A stretch of 64,000 nucleotides of DNA from Bigelowiella natans CCMP2755. Its lineage: Eukaryota > Protista > Cercozoa. The notes below the pieces were generated by a model, which saw only the letters and a list, made by a program, of their open reading frames with translations, did no database searches and was not told the origin of the DNA. The DNA is taken from contig ADNK01000041.1 of assembly GCA_000320545.1 (NCBI GenBank), positions 1 to 64,000 on the forward strand. The letters run 5' to 3'. This document shows positions 59,866-64,000 of this stretch, one piece after another (positions within the stretch are counted from its first letter, which is position 1; every line of letters begins with the position of its first letter). The translations under genes were made by a program, and so were the position numbers.

Positions 59866-60640
59866 TAAGAAAGAGAAAGCAGGAGAGAGAAATCGTCTCA
59901 TTCAAACGTGTCAACGCGTGAGCATCATACAGCTAGGCCTTTGAAACGTACATACATTAATGTAAAAACACCTCTCTCGATTTTGCTTTCATTTTCATAA
60001 TTCGCCTACCTCATCGATGCTCTCTAAGGAAGCAGCTTTAAGCATGTGAAGCTGCGATCTCGACGCCGAGACTACAGGCATCAGAATCTGAAGGCTCTCT
60101 CGCAGCTGGTCAGCGAGATGACGGATATGCTGATGATGTGTAAGTGGAAGGGGGGGAGGGAGGAGACAAGTGGGAAGGAAGACAAAGAGAAAGAGAGAAT
60201 TGAAGCATAAGAAGCAGAAAGAACTTAAAAAAAATCACGACGATAGAGCATCAGCATTGCTCTTCCCGTTTGCCGTGATCACGGGACTATTCCTCCCCAC
60301 CACGACACTGGCACCAACCTGAACAGGGTTCTGCCGGATAGCCGCCACTTTATCCGGTGTGTATATCGTGAAGCTAACGCGGAAAAGAAGAAGGATTCGA
60401 TGGTCAACGTAACTGCTTCATGTATGCATACTCTCAGCATCAACATCTGCCTGCCTCGTTTGTCTCCAGAGCACATCATTCTCTCGCGCGTAAGCAGCAT
60501 GTGCGGAAGATGATGACCACAACGCAGCTGATGCATATACGTTTTTCCCTTCTAAAAACCATGCCTTCAGACGGGTTTTGTAAGATTTTGTTTTGATGCA
60601 AATGCCGTGTCTTGTGTCTAGGACAACTATTACTACTGCT

Positions 60641-60673
<33 letters not shown>

Positions 60674-62574
60674 TGACTCCTACTAAGACTGCTTTTACGA
60701 GTACGTACTGTGAAACGTCGCTCCCCACACTATCAGCCACGCTCGGAGCTGGGCGATGCTGTACTCGCTTTGCAGACGCGGGGATGGGGGGGGACACAGA
60801 AAGCGCCATGTGTGGTTCTGCCTTCGATTTGATTATTGCTGGTAGCAATGATCCAGCATTAGCATCCCTACTACCCTCCGCAGCTGGCTTGTTGTTGGCC
60901 TGCACAACAAGAAAGAAACAGGGGAGACGGAGACAGCAACATTCGTATAAATATGTAAAAATCGCTGTCTTTGGGCACGATGCTGCCGCTGCGCTGTTTT
61001 GTTTTGTTTTCATCCCCTTCCATCAGCCAACTCTCACAGTGATAAGAAGAACACTATTATCCCGCGACAGACAGGCCCACGATGATCCATGGCGAGAGTG
61101 CCGATGATGGATCTCACTGCTCATGTCGTCGCTTTTTAAGCGGCATCAAAGAGCTCACTCACTCACTCACTCACGACATCGTTGTTGTGCTATTCTATCA
61201 TCCCAAACCTTTGGACTGAGATCGCCGCCGTCTCCGTCTGTCAGGAAGGTCCCTGAAGGGATGAGGCAGTTTTAAGGGGGAGGCAAGGAATGGACGACAC
61301 AGAAGAGAGAAGAAGGTAGGATTCTATGCGATTTTCTTGTTCTAACGCTAATCCTACCTCCTGTCGCTTGAGGCTTCGCAGCGGCAGGGGCTTTGCTACT
61401 GGAAGTAGGAGGAGGAGGAAGAAGAGAGGGGGGGAGGACAAAATCGAAAACCATCAGCGAATTTGCTAGTAAATGACATGTATATATAGAATTGCATAGT
61501 TTGATTATGATTCGAACAGGAAACCTGTCGCCGCCTTCTTGGTCATTGTCGCCTCCATCCTCCTCCCCCTCCTTTCCGGCAGTTGCAGGTTTAAGCGGCT
61601 CTCTCATTGTGGAGAGATCTACGCCCATTCCAGCCAACTTCAATCGCAGCTCAGCCTCCTGGACACGCGCACACACGTTACACACATTACACACACACCC
61701 ACACACATAAACAATATCAACACTTAGCTACCACTTCGACATGAATCCTTTTTTTTAGTTTCTCATACCTTTTGGTCTGTTTCCTTCGATTCACGTACGA
61801 TATTACCTGCGCGTAAGATCCAAACTTACTAATACACAAGCACACCCGCCAAGGGGGGTAGGGGGCGACGGAGACGACGAAGCCATTGATAGGCTCTCAC
61901 CCCAGCAGAAGAGAAGAAAGAGGAGAGGGAGGGAGGAGGGAGGAGAGTGGACAGAATCATGTGAGAAAGCACAACCTGCTGCATCGGTCTTGCCATCAAC
62001 ATTGTCTCCGACTTGCCCCTGCTTGGCAGGCGTTGCGTCGCTTCTTTTCTGGGTCAATGCCCAGTCTGGGAGGCTGGATCGATCCTTTTCCAGAAGTCTA
62101 TTCACTGAGATTGTAGCAGGTCAACGCAGCATATATGAGATCAGATTCGAAATTGGAAGGCTAACAAAGGCGCGCGCCCGCGCGCGCAATTGTGTGGACT
62201 TTTGTGCCTGCATGCATGCGTGCAGAAACTCATTGTCTCCTCTCCCCCCCCCCCCCCTCGCCCTGAACTAACCATCCCACATCGGCGAATGAATGGACGC
62301 CGATGATAGCTGTGCGTAATACCTGGTGTGGGAGCACCGGTAGCAGCAGAAGAGCCAGCTACTGCAGGATCGTCCTGTTCTTTGAACACGTTGAAGTCGT
62401 CGCCAATGCCGAAGTCATCATCATCACCACCAACACCACCATCAGCGCTCTCTTGTTTGCTGCCTGTATCCAGCTTTGGCGGCGGAGAAGGGGGTTTCGC
62501 CCAGTCGGGCATTTCTATTTGCGCCGACGTACGAGGAAGGGGAGGGGGGGAGGGAGGGGAGGAAGAATGAGGAT

Positions 62575-62632
<58 letters not shown>

Positions 62633-63297
62633 GCAAATGGTAGGTGTTGGGGTAGCATATCGTTGTGAGTGCTAATTCTTCCATATCGGTGCTGAAGTAA
62701 GTATCATATCATTCAATCTTGCCACATCATCATCAAACTCATCCTCATGGCCACCTTCTTCGTCTTGCTTGAGTCTGTCTCTGAAACCGAAGCCCAGTGT
62801 GACGCCTGCTTTAGAGCTTGGCGGTGCGGCGTTTCCTCCTCCTCCTCCTCCTCTACTGGTATCGATTTTGACGGGCGTTGGAGCATCACCACCACCACTT
62901 GCAACAACCTGTTCCTGAAGGAAGACAGAGAAGGAGAGAAGAAGACAAACGAAGAGAAGAAGAGTATCAAAAGCAGAGGAGGAGTGAAGAGGTGTGGCCG
63001 CACATCATGACGTCATGGTGGCGGGGTGATGAAACTTCAGTTTTTCCTTTTGTGTGGTGATTAGGATGACGCAAGAGTCACGCTCATACGACGAGTGGAA
63101 GATCACATTGCGGACACGTGTTAAGGACGAAGGACCTTTTTGCTGGTCTCCTTCTTGCTGTCTATTGCTGGCTCGGCCCCGCCGCCGGCTGCTGTTGCGG
63201 CTCCTCCGCTCTTCTTCTGCTTACCAGCGGATTTCGATTCGATATCTTCTTCCACCACGTCGTTGTCACCGTCTTGTCGCGCAATTGAACATAGATG

Positions 63298-63335
<38 letters not shown>

Positions 63336-63797
63336 CGGTGAGAACATACAAACACATGTGAAGCTTCTCTCTCACAGACGATTACGTCCGAATCTAACAG
63401 TGCATTCATGATATGGTGATACGTGTTGGAAGGAGAGGAAGTACCTCCACGCTCTTTGCCACGCTGATCGTTTCCTAGCTTCCCAACGTGGACCTTTGGA
63501 GCTGCCGCCTCTACAATGTTCTTCTTTTTCTCTTCTTCGTCCTGCTTCTTCTTTGTTGCGGCCAGTGTCCCTGCTTCTTCGACGACACCGACAACGACGT
63601 TGTCACCCCCGCCATCGTTTGCTGACGCTGGAATAGCCATCCCGTCCCTTTTCTTCTTGTTGAGTTTCTCGAGAATCTTCTTGCGTCTCATTCTGGCGGC
63701 ATCCGAACCTATGTGTTTTGCCGGCCAGCAACAACAGCCGTATCATGTGTGTCCACGTGGATTGCCATTTGTGCGAGCATGCAAGCGCGTGGTTTTA

Positions 63798-63835
<38 letters not shown>

Positions 63836-64000
63836 CTTGAGTTTTTCTTTCCACAAGCAACCCATGTGAATAGCGCGCTCTCCGATGATGCAGGGCGTCA
63901 TCCAACTTTGTTTTTTTACGGGGCTTGTTGTTACTGCTATCAACCTAGCTACCATGATCGTTACCAGCTGACGCAGGCTCTTCTGGCTGGACGGGTACTA
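57480..64000 (-). CDS. Large multi-exon hypothetical protein, low-complexity/charged, 5' end outside window
   Basis: Minus-strand GT-AG exons, e.g. DAARMRRKKILEKLNKKK, IEMPDWAKPPSPPPK, EAELRLKLAGMGVDL; the last ones join in frame as DISSVVNGAMEQALEKYSSKL/VHLLTMKMGDTLRQ/SGIPIPEFKGNQTPSS/PRSPSEILES...ESP with stop at 57480-57482. No family recognised; it could be more than one gene. Confidence 0.6.

Overview
Eukaryotic nuclear DNA with many spliceosomal introns and abundant microsatellites. It is most likely from a chlorarachniophyte alga (Cercozoa, Bigelowiella-like): it carries a ubiquitin-ribosomal P1 fusion with an MS-MQIFVK start, and several genes have signal-peptide plus transit-peptide leaders. 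Manual splicing gives 16 protein genes: tricorn protease (5'-truncated), PLAC8 protein, RMND5/GID2, ankyrin+BTB protein, succinyl-CoA ligase beta, mitochondrial bL21, metallophosphoesterase, ubiquitin-P1, CSP41-like, alpha/beta-hydrolase-like, 3-dehydroquinate synthase, NBS1, Deg/HtrA protease, PPR protein, PP1 inhibitor-3 and a large unknown protein (5'-truncated). Main points of interest: (1) a highly spliced tricorn (S41) protease with all four catalytic residues, from a family normally found in archaea and bacteria; (2) all 16 genes strictly alternate strand, and the tail-to-tail spacers share a CTAG/CATG/TGCA palindrome-rich signature, including a recurrent CATGCTAGCATG and a shared ~100-bp element, while head-to-head spacers look quite different; (3) a candidate structured RNA in the longest divergent spacer; (4) frequent AAG splice acceptors and microsatellites that start exactly at splice donors. 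All gene models were spliced by eye and family calls come from recalled motifs, not database searches. Most ORFs in the supplied track are microsatellite or antisense artefacts.
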